DNA of 64,000 nucleotides from Raja brachyura (taxonomy: Eukaryota): assembly GCA_963514005.1 (NCBI GenBank), contig OY740788.1, positions 88,164,001 to 88,228,000 on the forward strand. The letters run 5' to 3'. Positions 38,482 to 51,495 of this stretch are shown one piece after another (within the stretch, counting starts at the first letter, position 1; every line of letters begins with the position of its first letter). The notes beneath the pieces are model-generated. The model worked only from the letters and a program-made list of their open reading frames with translations. It searched no databases and was not told the DNA's origin. The translations under genes and the position numbers were made by a program.

Positions 38482-41340
38482 TAGTAAGATTAAATGAGAA
38501 CTTACCAGTTTGAACTTTGATCTTTATTTTATGAGGAGTTACGATGAGGGATTACGTAAAGAAGCCGCGCCAGTGCGCATGCTCGTCATTCTTCAAAGCA
38601 GCGGCGTGAAATCACAGTGACTACAGTCGAAGTGATATAGTAAGACTCTGAAGACTAGAACTACCAGATGATCTTTGAGATTATGAGGGTCGGGAGCGGA
38701 GGGCACGTAATCTCTCATCGTAACTCCTCATAAAATAAAGATCAAACTTCAAACTGGTAAGCTCTCATTTAATCTTACTATTTTACTTCGGAGTCACGTG
38801 AGTGACTACGTGAAGATTTCAAAGCTCTGTGATTTCATGCCGTAGATACAGTTCCATACGACTGTCTTGGTTGACACAGGATAACCAAATAATGAATTGA
38901 ACATTGTATAAATTATACAATGAATGTCTTAAACAATAAAAGAACAGTAATAACCCCCCTTTCGCAGGGGAAATTACAAAGGAGAACAAACAGAACCCAA
39001 AACAGCTTGCCCAAATTTTTGCATTGTGAGGACAGGTTTGTCATAAACCCTAAAGGTTCCTTAACTGGACTATCCTGCGGTGAGGATTTGGTCCAACGGC
39101 ACGTCCTGTGCCTTTGCTGTGTACGTTGACATCGCCCTGGTGGAGTGATTTAAACACATCAGTGTCTACTCCAGCATAATGCAAACCTGTTTCAGCCATC
39201 TAGAAATAGTTTGTACTGACACCTTTGTATGAGGTTTTATGTGGCTGATGACCATCGCTGTTTCAGCCTCTGAGACTCTTGATGACCTTGATATTATTAG
39301 CTCAGATGCATAATTACATATAGTATTCGATCAATGGGTATATTTTAAGCTTATTTTGGTTCCAGCCATCCCTGGCCTGCTCTGATTAGATCATATGCAT
39401 AAAACACAATATCATCTACAGAAGAATGCATGCTGTCCAGTCATAACTTCTGCAATATTTGGACCCATAGTGCTGCCTCTAGCACCATGAACATGACCAC
39501 TTTGAGCGTTAACTTCCGGAAAGGCAGAGATGTATTTGGAGCCCATTGCCAAAGCAGTGTGAGAACTATGCTCACATCCCAGACTTCTGAATATGTACGT
39601 CTGGGAGGGTTTTGTTAAAGTACCTCCTATGAATCGAGCCACCAACAGATGAGATCCGACAGAGTGTTGTCCGGACCCTTGCCCTAAGTAGGAGGACAAA
39701 ACACTTTGAGCACTATAAATGGCACTATAGCTTAACTGCTCATCAAAATGCAATGTAGCCAGGAACTCCAATACATCCGGTATGCCTGCAACTTATGATA
39801 AGTTATATTTGACTGTAAACAGGACATCTCCCATTTCTTAGTATGAGATACATATTGTTTTTTAGTACTATCTCTCCAGGCCATCGTAATCACATCGACG
39901 GTCCTACTCGATAGTCCGATTCCCTGGAACAGTCTGGTCAGAAGATACAAATCAATAGATTAATACGCTCATGTAAAGGGGAACTCTCCTCCTGTCCCAG
40001 TGTGAACCAACAAGTTGCTGTAATTGGGATAATCATGAATGCTGTGTCATCAGTCTCAGAACCAATGGGACCATGCTGTGTGGACCAGTTTAGGAACTAC
40101 CAAACGCCTAAGTGTAGTTGTACTCTATTTTGGTGAGACATTGATTAAATGAGGCAGAAATGGGGAAAGCATAAGGACGTACGTCCGCAATGTAGCGAGA
40201 ATGTATCCTCCGCTACTGCCCCTAGATCTGGTTCCCATGCCGTATATAGGTAACTGGTGATTTAACCCAGATGCAACAGGTCTATGTCTGGCAATCCATT
40301 CCGGCTAACAATCATTTTGAATCTTTTGGATTCATCATCCATTTTTGTTTGTCATGGAATTTACATGACCTGGTGTCTGCAACTTTTGCATTATCTCTAT
40401 TTGATAGGTAGATATCTGAGACCCAGATGTTCCTTGTAATGCACCAGTGCCCGATGAGGCTTGGCACATTGCCACAGAATAATGACCTCATTCCACCCAT
40501 GTGATTGATATGCAACAGCTGTGGTATTATCAATCTGAAGCTGCACATGCAAGTCATGCATTGTTGATCAGAATTCTTTAGCCATAGAATGTACCCAGCA
40601 ATTCTATGTAGTTTACCCCATGCCTCTGCAGGGCTAATGCTTCTTTCACATTTTATCTGCCGCCCCAGCCAGACTCGATATCAGTGGCTCCTCATCTTGA
40701 AGCTCACATCAGTTTGTAAACTAAAGGTTATTGAGTCAGAATGTCTCTAGTACATCGGAAGACATTAGATACAGTTTTGACCGTAGACAAAGTACTGCCA
40801 TGTTAATTAACCAATGATGAACCTCAAATAGCCAATCATTCTAAATTATACTAATCTAAGTTTAATTAGATGGGCGAGGACCGGCATCTCAACAGGCATG
40901 TGGTAGCTGAATATTATGCATCTTTCAGATCTATGGCTGCCATATCACACCCTTTTTATCCCAGTTACAATACTGACATTTTTATTTAAAACCTTTTATA
41001 CTGGACCTTAAGGGTTAAGTATGTTTCGGCCCAGAATGACTCGACACCCACCATCGTTCTTTAGGCTGGGGAAATTGGACACATTGTTAAGGCTGATATG
41101 CATCATCCACCTGTAGAGTTAGTGGTATTGAACCCCAATACCCAACTAGGTGTATTTTGTACGGGTGGATGTACTTCCGAGAATGCCTTATTCGAGATCC
41201 CCGATACAGTCCAATATTCAATTAACCCTTCCGGATCTGAAGGGGTATCTGAAAGCTTCCCCCATACGGCAAATCTCCATTTGACCAATCATACAGATCG
41301 CTACTAAAAGTTACCAAATACAGTATCGGGGAGTAGTGAA
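38482..41340 (-). mobile_element. DIRS-type tyrosine-recombinase retrotransposon, copy 1 (3' part)
   Basis: Terminal repeat 38482-38557 is inverted at 38705-38784 (internal complementary region); YR-like peptides (39412..39950); DIRS RNase H-like INHMGG..VADTRS (40312..40557). Confidence 0.8.
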
Positions 41341-41729
41341 TTTCTGAAATTGGGCGGCAGGGTGGTGCAGCGGTAGAGTTGCTGCCTTACAGAGCTTGCA
41401 GCGCCAGAGACCCGGGTTTGATCCCGAATGCGGGTGCTGTCTCTACAGAGTTTGCACGTTCTCCCCATTACCGTGTGGGTTTTCTCAGAGATCTGCGGTT
41501 TCCTCCCACACTCCAAAGGCGTACAGGATTGTAGGATAATTGGCTTGGTTTAAGTGTAAATTGTCCCCAGTTTATTTAGGATAGTGTTAATGTGCAGGGA
41601 TCGCTGGTCAGTGCGGTCTCCCTGTGCGGACGTGGCACCGACGGACGACGGGCCGAAGCAAAGAAGTCGAAGCCAAAGAACGGAATGGAAACGAGGCCGA
41701 AACGACAATAAACCGAAAGAGTCCGAAGA

Positions 41730-44700
41730 CATAGAAACATAGAAAATAGGTGCAGGAGTAGGCCATTCGGCCCTTTGAGCCTGCACCGCCATTCAATATG
41801 ATCATGGCTGATCACCCAACTCAGTATCCTGTACCTGCCTTCTCTCCATACCCCCTGATCCCTTTAGCTCCAAGGGCCACATCTAACTCCCTCTTAAATA
41901 TAGCCAATGAACTGGCCTCAACTATCTTCTGTGGCAGAGAATTCCAGAGACTCACCACTTTCTGTGTGAAAAAAGTTTTCCTCATCTCAGTCCTAAAGGA
42001 ATTCCCCCTTATCATTAAACTGTGACCCCTTGTTCTGGACCTCCCCAACATCGGGAACAATCTTCCTGCATCTAGCCTGTCCAACCCCTTAAGAACTTTG
42101 TAAGTTTCTATAAGATCCCCCCTCAATCTTCTAAATTCTAGCGAGTACAAGCCGAGTCTATCCAGTCTTTCTTCATATGAAAGTCTTGACATCCCAGGAA
42201 TCAGTCTGGTGAACCTTCTCTGTACCCCCTCTATGGCAAGAATGTCTTCCCTCAGATTTGGAGACCAAAACTGTATGCAATACTCCAGGTGTGGTCTCAC
42301 CAAAACCCTGTACAACTGCAGTAGAACCTCCCTGCACCTATACTCAAATCCTTTTGCTATGAATGCTAACATACCATTCACTTTCTTCGCTGCCTGCTGC
42401 ACCTGCATGCCTACTTTCAATGACTGGTGTACCATGACACCCAGGTCTCGTTGCATCTCCCCTTTTCCAAATCAGCCACCATTCAGATAATAGTCTACCC
42501 TCCTGTTTTTGCCACCAAAGTAGATAACCTCACATTTATCCACATTATACTGCATCTGCCATGCATTTGCCCACTCACCCAACCTATCCAAGGCACCTTG
42601 CAGCCTCCAAGCATCCTCCTCACACCTAACACTGCCCCCCAGCTTCGTGTCATTCGCAAACGTGGAGATGTTGCATTTAATTCCCTCGTCCAAATCATTA
42701 ATATATGTTGTAAATAGCTGGGGTCCCAGCAGTGAGCCTTGCGGTACCCCACTAGTCACTGCCTGCCATCCTGAAAAGGACCCGTTCACTCCTACTCTTT
42801 GCTTCCTGTCTGCCAGCCAGTTCACTATCCACATCAACACTGAACCCCCCAATACCGTGTGCTTTAAGTTTGTATACTAATCTCTTATGTGGGACCTTGT
42901 CAAAAGCCATGTGAAAGTCTAGATATAACACATCCACTGGTTCTCCCTTATCCACGCTACTTGTTACATCCTCGATAAATTCTATAAGATTCGTCAGACA
43001 TGATTTACCTTTCATAAATCCATGCTGACTTTGTCCAATTTCACCACTTTCCAATTGTGCTGCTATCCCATCTTTAATAACTGACTAGCAGTTTCCCCAC
43101 TACCGATGTAAGACTAACTGGTCTGTAATTCCCCATATTCTCTCTCCCTCCTTATTTAAAAAAGTGTGGTTACATTAGCTACCCTCCAATCCTCAGGAAC
43201 TACTCCAGAGTCTAAAGAGTTTTGAAAAATTATCACTAATGCATCCACTATTTCTGTGGCTACTACCTTGAGTACTCTGGGAAGCAGACTATCTGACCCA
43301 GGGGATTTATCGGCCTTTAATCCATTCAATTTACCCAACACCACTTCCCGGCTAATCTGGATTTCACTCAGTTCCTCCATCTTATTTGACCCCTGGTCCC
43401 CTGCTATTTCTGGCAGATTATTTATGTCTTCCTTAGTGAAGACAGAACCAAAGTAGTTATTCAATTGGTCTGCCATGATCCCCATGTTGCCCGTGATCAA
43501 TTCACCTGTTTCTGACTGCAAGGGACCTACATTTATTTTAACTAACCTTTTTCTCTTTACATATTTATAAAATCTTTTGCAGTCATTTTTTATGTTCCCT
43601 GCCAGTTTTCTTTCATAATCTATTTTCCCTTTCCTAATCAAGCCCTTTGTCCTCCTCTGCTGGACTCTGAATTTCTCCCAGTCCTCTGGTAGGTTGCTTT
43701 TTCTGGCTAATTTGTATGCTTCATCCTTTGTTTTGATACTATCCCTGATTTCCCTTGTTATCCACAGATGCACTACCTTCCCTGATTTATTCTTTTGCCA
43801 AACTGGGATGAACAATTGTTGTAGTTCATCCATGCAGTCTTTAAATGCCTTCCATTGCACATCCACTGTCAACCCTTTAAGAATCAATTGCAGTCTATCT
43901 TGGCCAATTCACATCTCATACCTTCAAAGTTACCTTTCTTTAAGTTCAGAACCCTTGTATCTGAATTAATGATGTCACTCTCCATCCTAATGAAGAACTC
44001 AACCATATTATGGTCACTCTTGCCCAAGGGGCCACGCACAACAAGACTGCTAACTAACCCTTCCTCATTACTCGATACCCATTCTAGAATAGCCTGCTCT
44101 CTCGCTGGTTCCTCTACATGTAGGTTTAGAAAACTATCCCGCATACATTCCAAGAAATCCTCTTCCTCGGCACCCCTGCCAATTTGATTCACCCAATCTA
44201 TATGTAGATTGAAGTCACCCATTTTAACTGTTTTACCTTTGTTGCACGCATTTCTACTCCCCTTTTTGATGCCATCCCCAACTCCACTACTACTGTTAGG
44301 TGGCCTGTACACAACTCCCACTAGCGTTTTCAGTCCCTTAGTGTTTCGCAGCTCTACCCATATCGATTCCACATCCTCCAAGCTAATGTCCTTCATTTCT
44401 ATTGCATTAATCTCCTCTCTAACTAGCAACGCTACCCCACCTCCTTTTCCTTTCTGTCTATCACTTCTGAATATCCCTGGATGATCAGCTGCCACCCTTG
44501 GTCACCCTGGAGCCATGTCTCCGTGATCCTAACTATATCATTGTCATTAATAACTATCTGCACCTTCAACTCACCCACCTTATTATGAATGCTCCTTGCA
44601 TTGAGACACAAAGCCTTCAGGCTTGTTTTTACAACACTCTTACTCCTTATACAATTATGTTGAAAAGTGGCCCTTTTTGATTTTTGCCCAGGATTTTACT

Positions 44701-44985
44701 GCCTGCCACTTTTACTTTTCACCTTGCTACCTATTGCTTCCACCCTCATTTTATACCCCTCTGTCTCTCTGCTCACACATTAAAGAAACCCACCATCTCT
44801 TATTCTCTGTTTATTATTTTTTTCTTCTTCCCCCCCTACATGTTGTGTCTGAGTGCTTCCCTTCTCTGTCTCCTGCCTCAGACACTGTCTACTAGCTTTC
44901 TCTATTTGAGTCCCTCCCTCAACCATTCTAGTTTAATGTCTCCCCAGTAGCCTTTGCAAATTTCCCTGCCAGGATACTGGTCCCC
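41730..44985 (-). mobile_element. CR1 LINE with near-complete but frameshifted ORF2 (APE plus RT), inserted in a foldback arm
   Basis: ORFs 43884..44495, 43156..43887, 42752..43054, 42472..42852, 41821..42456. Confidence 0.9.
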
Positions 44986-45659
44986 ATCGCCAACTAACCG
45001 AAAGGATGGGATGCCTAAATGCAAACTAACCGAAAGGGCGGGACGCCTAAACCCCAAGAAACAGAAAAGTTGCGTCGCCTAAAAGCGAACTTACCGAATG
45101 GCCGCTCTGTCGATACGCCACCTACCCAAAAGGCGGCGGCGCCTACAGGCCAAAGGACCGAATGCCGCTCAACAGAAAAGTCCAGTAACGGACTTGGCAT
45201 TGCCAGGGTGCGGGACTTGTCAGCGATTGGTCCAGACTACCGTGTCCATCACATCACCGTGAAGGCATGAACATTGCCCCAAACCTCCGCTCCACCCGAC
45301 CCGCAGCCCGCGGAGGGTGGCCGTGGGAGAGTGGGGGCTGCCCCGAGGGATGCGCACCTTCGGCCGCTTACAACTTGGTGCTTGGGTTCAGATTGCCCAG
45401 TCACCTATGGCTTGTGTGGGAAAATGAACACCACACTCCCGTCTCCCCCTTCTCTCTCCCTTCTTCTCTCTCTACCCCCTCTTTCTCTCTCCTCCTCTCG
45501 CTCCACTCTTCTCTCTCTCCTCCTCTCTCCCCCTTCTCTCCCACAGTCCCACAGTCACTGACCGTGATGCACCGCCATCGGACCCCAAACATCACACCAG
45601 GGCAATTCCCCCCCGACCCCCCCCCCGACCGCGGTCAGTGCCTGTGGGACACTCCCGCG

Positions 45660-46795
45660 GGTAGAGAAGGGGGGGGAGAGAGAGAAGGGGGGGGAGAGAG
45701 AGAAGGGGGGGGGAGAGAGAGAAGGGGGGGGGAGAGAGAGAAGGGGGGGGGAGAGAGAGAAGGGGGGGGAGAGAGAGAAGGGGGGGGAGAGAGAGAAGGG
45801 GGGGGGAGAGNNNNNNNNNNNNNNNNNNNNNNNNNNNNNNNNNNNNNNNNNNNNNNNNNNNNNNNNNNNNNNNNNNNNNNNNNNNNNNNNNNNNNNNNNN
45901 NNNNNNNNNNNNNNNNNNNNNNNNNNNNNNNNNNNNNNNNNNNNNNNNNNNNNNNNNNNNNNNNNNNNNNNNNNNNNNNNNNNNNNNNNNNNNNNNNNNN
46001 NNNNNNNNNNNNNNNNNNNNNNNNNNNNNNNNNNNNNNNNNNNNNNNNNNNNNNNNNNNNNNNNNNNNNNNNNNNNNNNNNNNNNNNNNNNNNNNNNNNN
46101 NNNNNNNNNNNNNNNNNNNNNNNNNNNNNNNNNNNNNNNNNNNNNNNNNNNNNNNNNNNNNNNNNNNNNNNNNNNNNNNNNNNNNNNNNNNNNNNNNNNN
46201 NNNNNNNNNNNNNNNNNNNNNNNNNNNNNNNNNNNNNNNNNNNNNNNNNNNNNNNNNNNNNNNNNNNNNNNNNNNNNNNNNNNNNNNNNNNNNNNNNNNN
46301 NNNNNNNNNNNNNNNNNNNNAGAAGGGGGGGAGAGAGAGAAGGGGGGGAGAGAGAGAAGGGGGGGAGAGAGAGAAGGGGGGGAGAGAGAGAAGGGGGGGA
46401 GAGAGAGAAGGGGGGGAGAGAGAGAAGGGGGGGAGAGAGAGAAGGGGGGGAGAGAGAGAAGGGGGGGAGAGAGAGAAGGGGGGGAGAGAGAGAAGGGGGG
46501 GAGAGAGAGAAGGGGGGGAGAGAGAGAAGGGGGGGAGAGAGAGAAGGGGGGGAGAGAGAGAAGGGGGGGAGAGAGAGAAGGGGGGGAGAGNNNNNNNNNN
46601 NNNNNNNNNNNNNNNNNNNNNNNNNNNNNNNNNNNNNNNNNNNNNNNNNNNNNNNNNNNNNNNNNNNNNNNNNNNNNNNNNNNNNNNNNNNNNNNNNNNN
46701 NNNNNNNNNNNNNNNNNNNNNNNNNNNNNNNNNNNNNNNNNNNNNNNNNNGAGAGAGAGAAGGGGGGGGAGAAAGAAGGGAGAGAGAAGGGAGAG
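45660..46795 (+). repeat. Polypurine minisatellite (AGAAGGGGGGGAGAGAG)n, 17-18 bp unit, with assembly gaps 45811-46320 and 46591-46750
   Basis: Directly visible; related GA-rich tract at 48832-49075. Confidence 0.95.
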
Positions 46796-47164
46796 CCACA
46801 GCTGCGGACCACCTCAGAGATGGGAGAGATCAAGCAGCTGCTGCACGCCCTATGTTCCCATCTTCTATGGTAACAAAGGATTCATATATATATATATATA
46901 TAAACAGTCCCTTCCGAGTGACTGATAAAAACAGCACATGTTAGTACTGTTGATATTACTATTAATGCTGTTGATATTGCTATTATTAATATAGTTATTA
47001 TTACTGGGTGGCAGTACGAGTCTGCCTTACTAAGACATACAAAACTTTACCTAACATTCCCCAATTATAGGAAAAACTAGTGTTTTTGCACCTGTCCCAC
47101 AAAATAGGTTTGATTTAGATTTTGTTTTAAAGAATATAAATACAAACTAAATGAGTTGATTCCA

Positions 47165-48740
47165 TATCGGCTGCTGGAATATCCAGGTCTCTGCTCTTCA
47201 ACCTTCGGGGATGAAGACTGGGAACCCTGAGTTCCTAAAGTCTGTAGAAGACACCGATATAATGATATTAACAGAAACATGGTACGGAAAGGATACGTTC
47301 ATTCACTGCCCCTCAGGGGACCATGAAGGCATGGTGCCCTCAGTACAAACTACTGATATACATAAGGGCAGAATCTCCGGGGGGGGGGGGGTCTTGGTCT
47401 GGTACAAAGAAGAACTAGACAGTTACATTACATCAATAAAACAGGGGAAATCACATGTATGTTTGAAACTAGATAAAACATTGGAATAATTGGAAAAGAT
47501 AGATATCTATGTGCCGCCTACATACCCCCAATAGAATCGGCATATATTGAAGAGGATATATTTGAAACTCTCCACATGGAAATCAATCATTTCCAGGCCC
47601 AGGGAAATGTGCTGCTATGTGGAGACCTGGATGCAAGGACCGGATGTGAACCCGATTCCATAGACCCACAGGGCAACAACCATGTGTTGGGTCAAACCCC
47701 CTTGTATGTCACACCAACTATCATTAACCGGAACAACCTTGACTGTGAAATAAATAAAAGTGGTAGTGAGGTAGTGCATCTCTGTCGAGCCTTGGGCCTG
47801 TAGTTAATGGCAGGCTCAGAGGGGACCCGCTGGGAAGGTTTACATATTCCTCAGCTCTTGGGTCTAGCGTGGTAGACTACGCATTTACTGACATAGACCC
47901 CTGCACTATCAGGGCATTCATCGTTAGGCAGCAGACCCCTCTTTCAGACCATAGTCAAATCAACGTGTACCTAAAATTTCCTGTTCAAACTAACGATGTA
48001 AAAAAGGAACCCAGTAAGCTGTATAAACTAAATCCGACTTACAGATGGGCTTCAGATAGTGGAGATACATTCATCATGGCCCTGAACTCTCCTGATCTCA
48101 CAAATAAAATACTGAAATTCAAGACAAACCCATATGAGACTACTAGAGATGGTGTAAACATGGCTATAAATGACATGAATATGATATTTCACAAAGCAGT
48201 TATCAAAGCTGACCTTGTGAAACAGAAGAGAAAAATTATCAAAAAACACAACCATGAAAAATGGTTCGACCATGAGTATAAAAATGTCAGAAAAGATCTG
48301 AGGAAAATATCGAACCAAAAACAGCCTCAACCAAACAATCCAGACAACAAAACTACAAACATTACCAATTCAAGACGGTGATATCTAGAGAGCACATTTC
48401 ACAAATCTATATAAAGACATCCCCATCAATAAAATAAACTCAAATTATTCTCATATCAAAGAAAAACTCCAAACACTAGAAACAATGATTAAAGATGATC
48501 AAAACCCCCTTGATTCCCCAATTACACCGGAAGAATTGACCATAAAAATAAAATCTCTTCACTCAAAGAAAGCGTGTGGTCCAGACAGCATTAAAAATGA
48601 AATGCTGAAGTGCAGCACTCCGGAGATGCAGGACATGGAGCTTAGGCTGCTCAACATCACACTACGCTCAGGTTATTTCCCTGATATTTGGTGTCAAGGG
48701 CTTATTTCACCCATTTATAAGAGTGGAAACAAATTGACAA
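47165..48740 (+). mobile_element. Non-CR1 APE-type LINE fragment (endonuclease plus RT N-terminus; clade uncertain, possibly RTEX/Daphne-like)
   Basis: ILTETW, SGGGGVLVWY, LLCGDLDARTG, SSALGSSVVDY, LSDHSQI, LDSPIT..KACGPDSIKNEMLK. Confidence 0.75.
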
Positions 48741-50399
48741 ATCATCATCACTGACAATGAGGGAGAAGTTGTCGTCTTCGGTACCCGGACGCGGCGCCGA
48801 CGGACAAGAAGCTGAAGCAAAGAATCCGAAGCGAGAGAGAGAAGAGGTGGAGAGAGAGAAGGAGAGAGAGAAGAGGGGAGAGGGAGGAGGAGAGAGAGAA
48901 GGGAGAGAGAAGGGAGAGAGAGACGGGGGGGGGAGAGAGAAGGGGTAGAGAGAGAGAAGGGAGAAGAGAAGGGAGAGAGAGAGAGGGGGGGAGAGAGAAG
49001 GGAGAGAGAAGGGAGAGAGAGAGAGGGGGGGAGAGAGAAGGGGTAGAGAGAGATGGGAGAGAGGGAGAAGGGGTAGACGGGAGTGTGGGGTTCATTTTCC
49101 CACACAAGCCATAGGTGACTGGGCAATCTGAACCCAAGCACCAAGTTGAAAGCGGTCGAAGGTGCGCATCCCTCGGGACAGCCCCCACTCTCCCACGGCC
49201 ACCCTCCGCGGGCTGCGGGTCGGGTGGAGCGGAGGTTTGGGGTAATGTTCGTGCCTTCACGGTGATGTGATGGACGCGGGGGTCTGGACCAATCGCTGAC
49301 AAGTCCCGCCCCCAGCAACGCCATGTCCGTTACTGGACTTTTCTGTTGAGCGGCAATCGGTCCTTTAGCCTGTAGACGCCGCCGCCTTTCGGGTAGGTGG
49401 CGTATGGACTGAGCGGCCATTCGGTAAGTTTGCTTTTAGGTGACACAGCCTTTAGGTTCGTGGGCGTTTAGGCGTCCCGTCCTTTCGGTTAGTGGACGTT
49501 TCATCTTCGGACTCTTTCGGTTCATTCGCGTTTCGGCCTCGTTTCTATTCGGTTCTTTGGCTTCGGATTCTTGTCTGTCGCCGCGTCTGCACACGCTCGT
49601 CTTCAAGCCATATTACTGAGCTCTCTATCTCCTTCCCCAATGGCTGTGAAACAGACTGTGATTGCTGACAAGACTCTCAACTGTTCATGTACCAAGTCTC
49701 ACATTTCTGCTCTCATTCCCTCTCCATCCACCCAGAACAAGGAAAGGTTCCCCTTGTCCTCATCTCCCACCTGTCAGTTCCACATTGTTAATGAGGGTTT
49801 TCCCATAGAGCAATTGTGGCAAAGGACCTTGGCTTAGAATAGCAGATTCCCACTGGTCACAGACCTCCATCCAGAATATCTTCCTTCCACACCCCTGTGT
49901 CTTCTATGATTAATCCATTTCTGAATGCATATGACCAAGTCATCGTGACATCCAGACATCTTCCATTTGTGGATCAGCTTATCATGAGAGAACTTGTCAA
50001 AAGCCTTACTAAAATCCATGCCTACAACATCCACTGCCTAACCTTCATCAGTCAATAGCACAACTCCTCCAGTACATTTACCTCCCTCTACCACACCTGA
50101 AACATCAAACACCTGGAACGTTAAGCTGCAAGTTATGTCCTGTTTGATAGCTTTGATATCTGTAGATCCTACATACTGAATAGGTTCTATATCAGTTCTT
50201 AAACTAATTCATTATCTATTTCCAGGCTTACTAAAAATGTTCTCATTCGGATAACAATATTGATTAGTACGGGTGTCAGAGGTTATGGGGGAGAAGGCAG
50301 GAGAATGGGGTTGGGAGGGAGAGATAGATCAGCCAGGACTTGATGGGCTGAATGATCTAATTCTGCTCCTATCACTTATGATCGTATGATATAAACTAG

Positions 50400-51495
50400 A
50401 CTTTAAAGTAGAAAGGCTGGGGAGAGGGACTCAGGTAGAGGGGGCTAGGGGACAGGGTGTGGGGCAAGAGGCAGAGAAGGGAAGCACTCGGACCCAAAAT
50501 GTAGGGGAGAAAGAGGAAAAAGATAATAAACAGAGAATAAGAGATGGTGGGTTTCTAAAATGTGTATATTTTAATGCTAGGAGCATTGTAAGAAAGGTGG
50601 ATGAACTTAGAGCCTGGATTGATACCTGGAAATATGGCGATCAGTGAAACATGGTTGTGGGAGGGCTGTGATTGTCAACTAAATATTCCAGGATTTTGTT
50701 GCTTCAGGTGTGATAGAATTGGAGGGACCAGAGGTGGAGGTGTTGCATTGCTTGTCAGAGAAGATATTACAGCAGTGCTTTGGCAGGATAGATTAGAGGG
50801 CTCATCTAGGGAGGCTATTTGGGTGGAACTGAGAAGTGGGAACAGTGTAGCAACACTTTTAGGGGTGTATTATAGACCGCCAAATGGGGAGCGAGAATTG
50901 GAAGAGCTAATATGTAAAGAGATAGCAGATATTAGTAGTAAGCACAAGGTAGTGATTGTGGGAGATTTCAATTTTCCACACATAGACTGGGAAACACATT
51001 CTGTAAATGGGCTGGATGGTTTGGAGTTTGTAAAATGTGTGCAGGATAGTTTTTTGCAGCAATACATAGAGGTATCGACCAGAGAAGGGGCAGTGCTGGA
51101 CCTCCTGTTAGGAAATGAGGCAGGTCAGGTGACGGAGGTATGTGTTGGTGAGCACTTCGGGACCAGTGATCACAATACCATTAGTTTCAATATAATTATG
51201 GAGAGAGTCAGAACTGGACCTAGGGTTGAGATTTTTGATTGGATAAAGGCTAACTTTGAGGGAATGCGCAAGGATTTAAAAGGAGTGAATTGGGACATTT
51301 TGTTTTATGGGAAGGATGTAGAAGAGAAATGGAGGACATTTAAAGGGGAAATTGTAAGAGTACAGAATCTTTATGTCCCTGTTCGGTTGAAAGGAAATAG
51401 TAAAAATCGGAAAGAGCCCTGGTTTTCAAGGGAAATTGGACACTTGTTTCGAAAAAAGAGAGATATCTACAATATTTATAGGAGGCATGGAGTAA
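50400..51495 (+). mobile_element. CR1 ORF2 endonuclease fragment
   Basis: YFNARSI, ISETW, YYRPP, VGDFNFP, TSDH in ORFs 50459 and 50601. Confidence 0.85.

Larger units (their letters stand above)
41623..49593. mobile_element. Foldback-like element with ~600-bp inverted arms rich in CCGAA subrepeats
   Basis: 41623-41729 plus 44990-45460 is the reverse complement of about 49070-49593; the ORF track shows the same peptide (PNLRSTRPAARGGWPW..) on opposite strands. Confidence 0.75.

Noticed and set aside
41353-41430. tRNA gene
   Set aside because: A/B-box head of a tRNA-derived SINE continuing into the SINE core; many degenerate copies.
45267-46925. 552/414/413-aa ORFs
   Set aside because: Artefacts of a polypurine minisatellite and N gaps.
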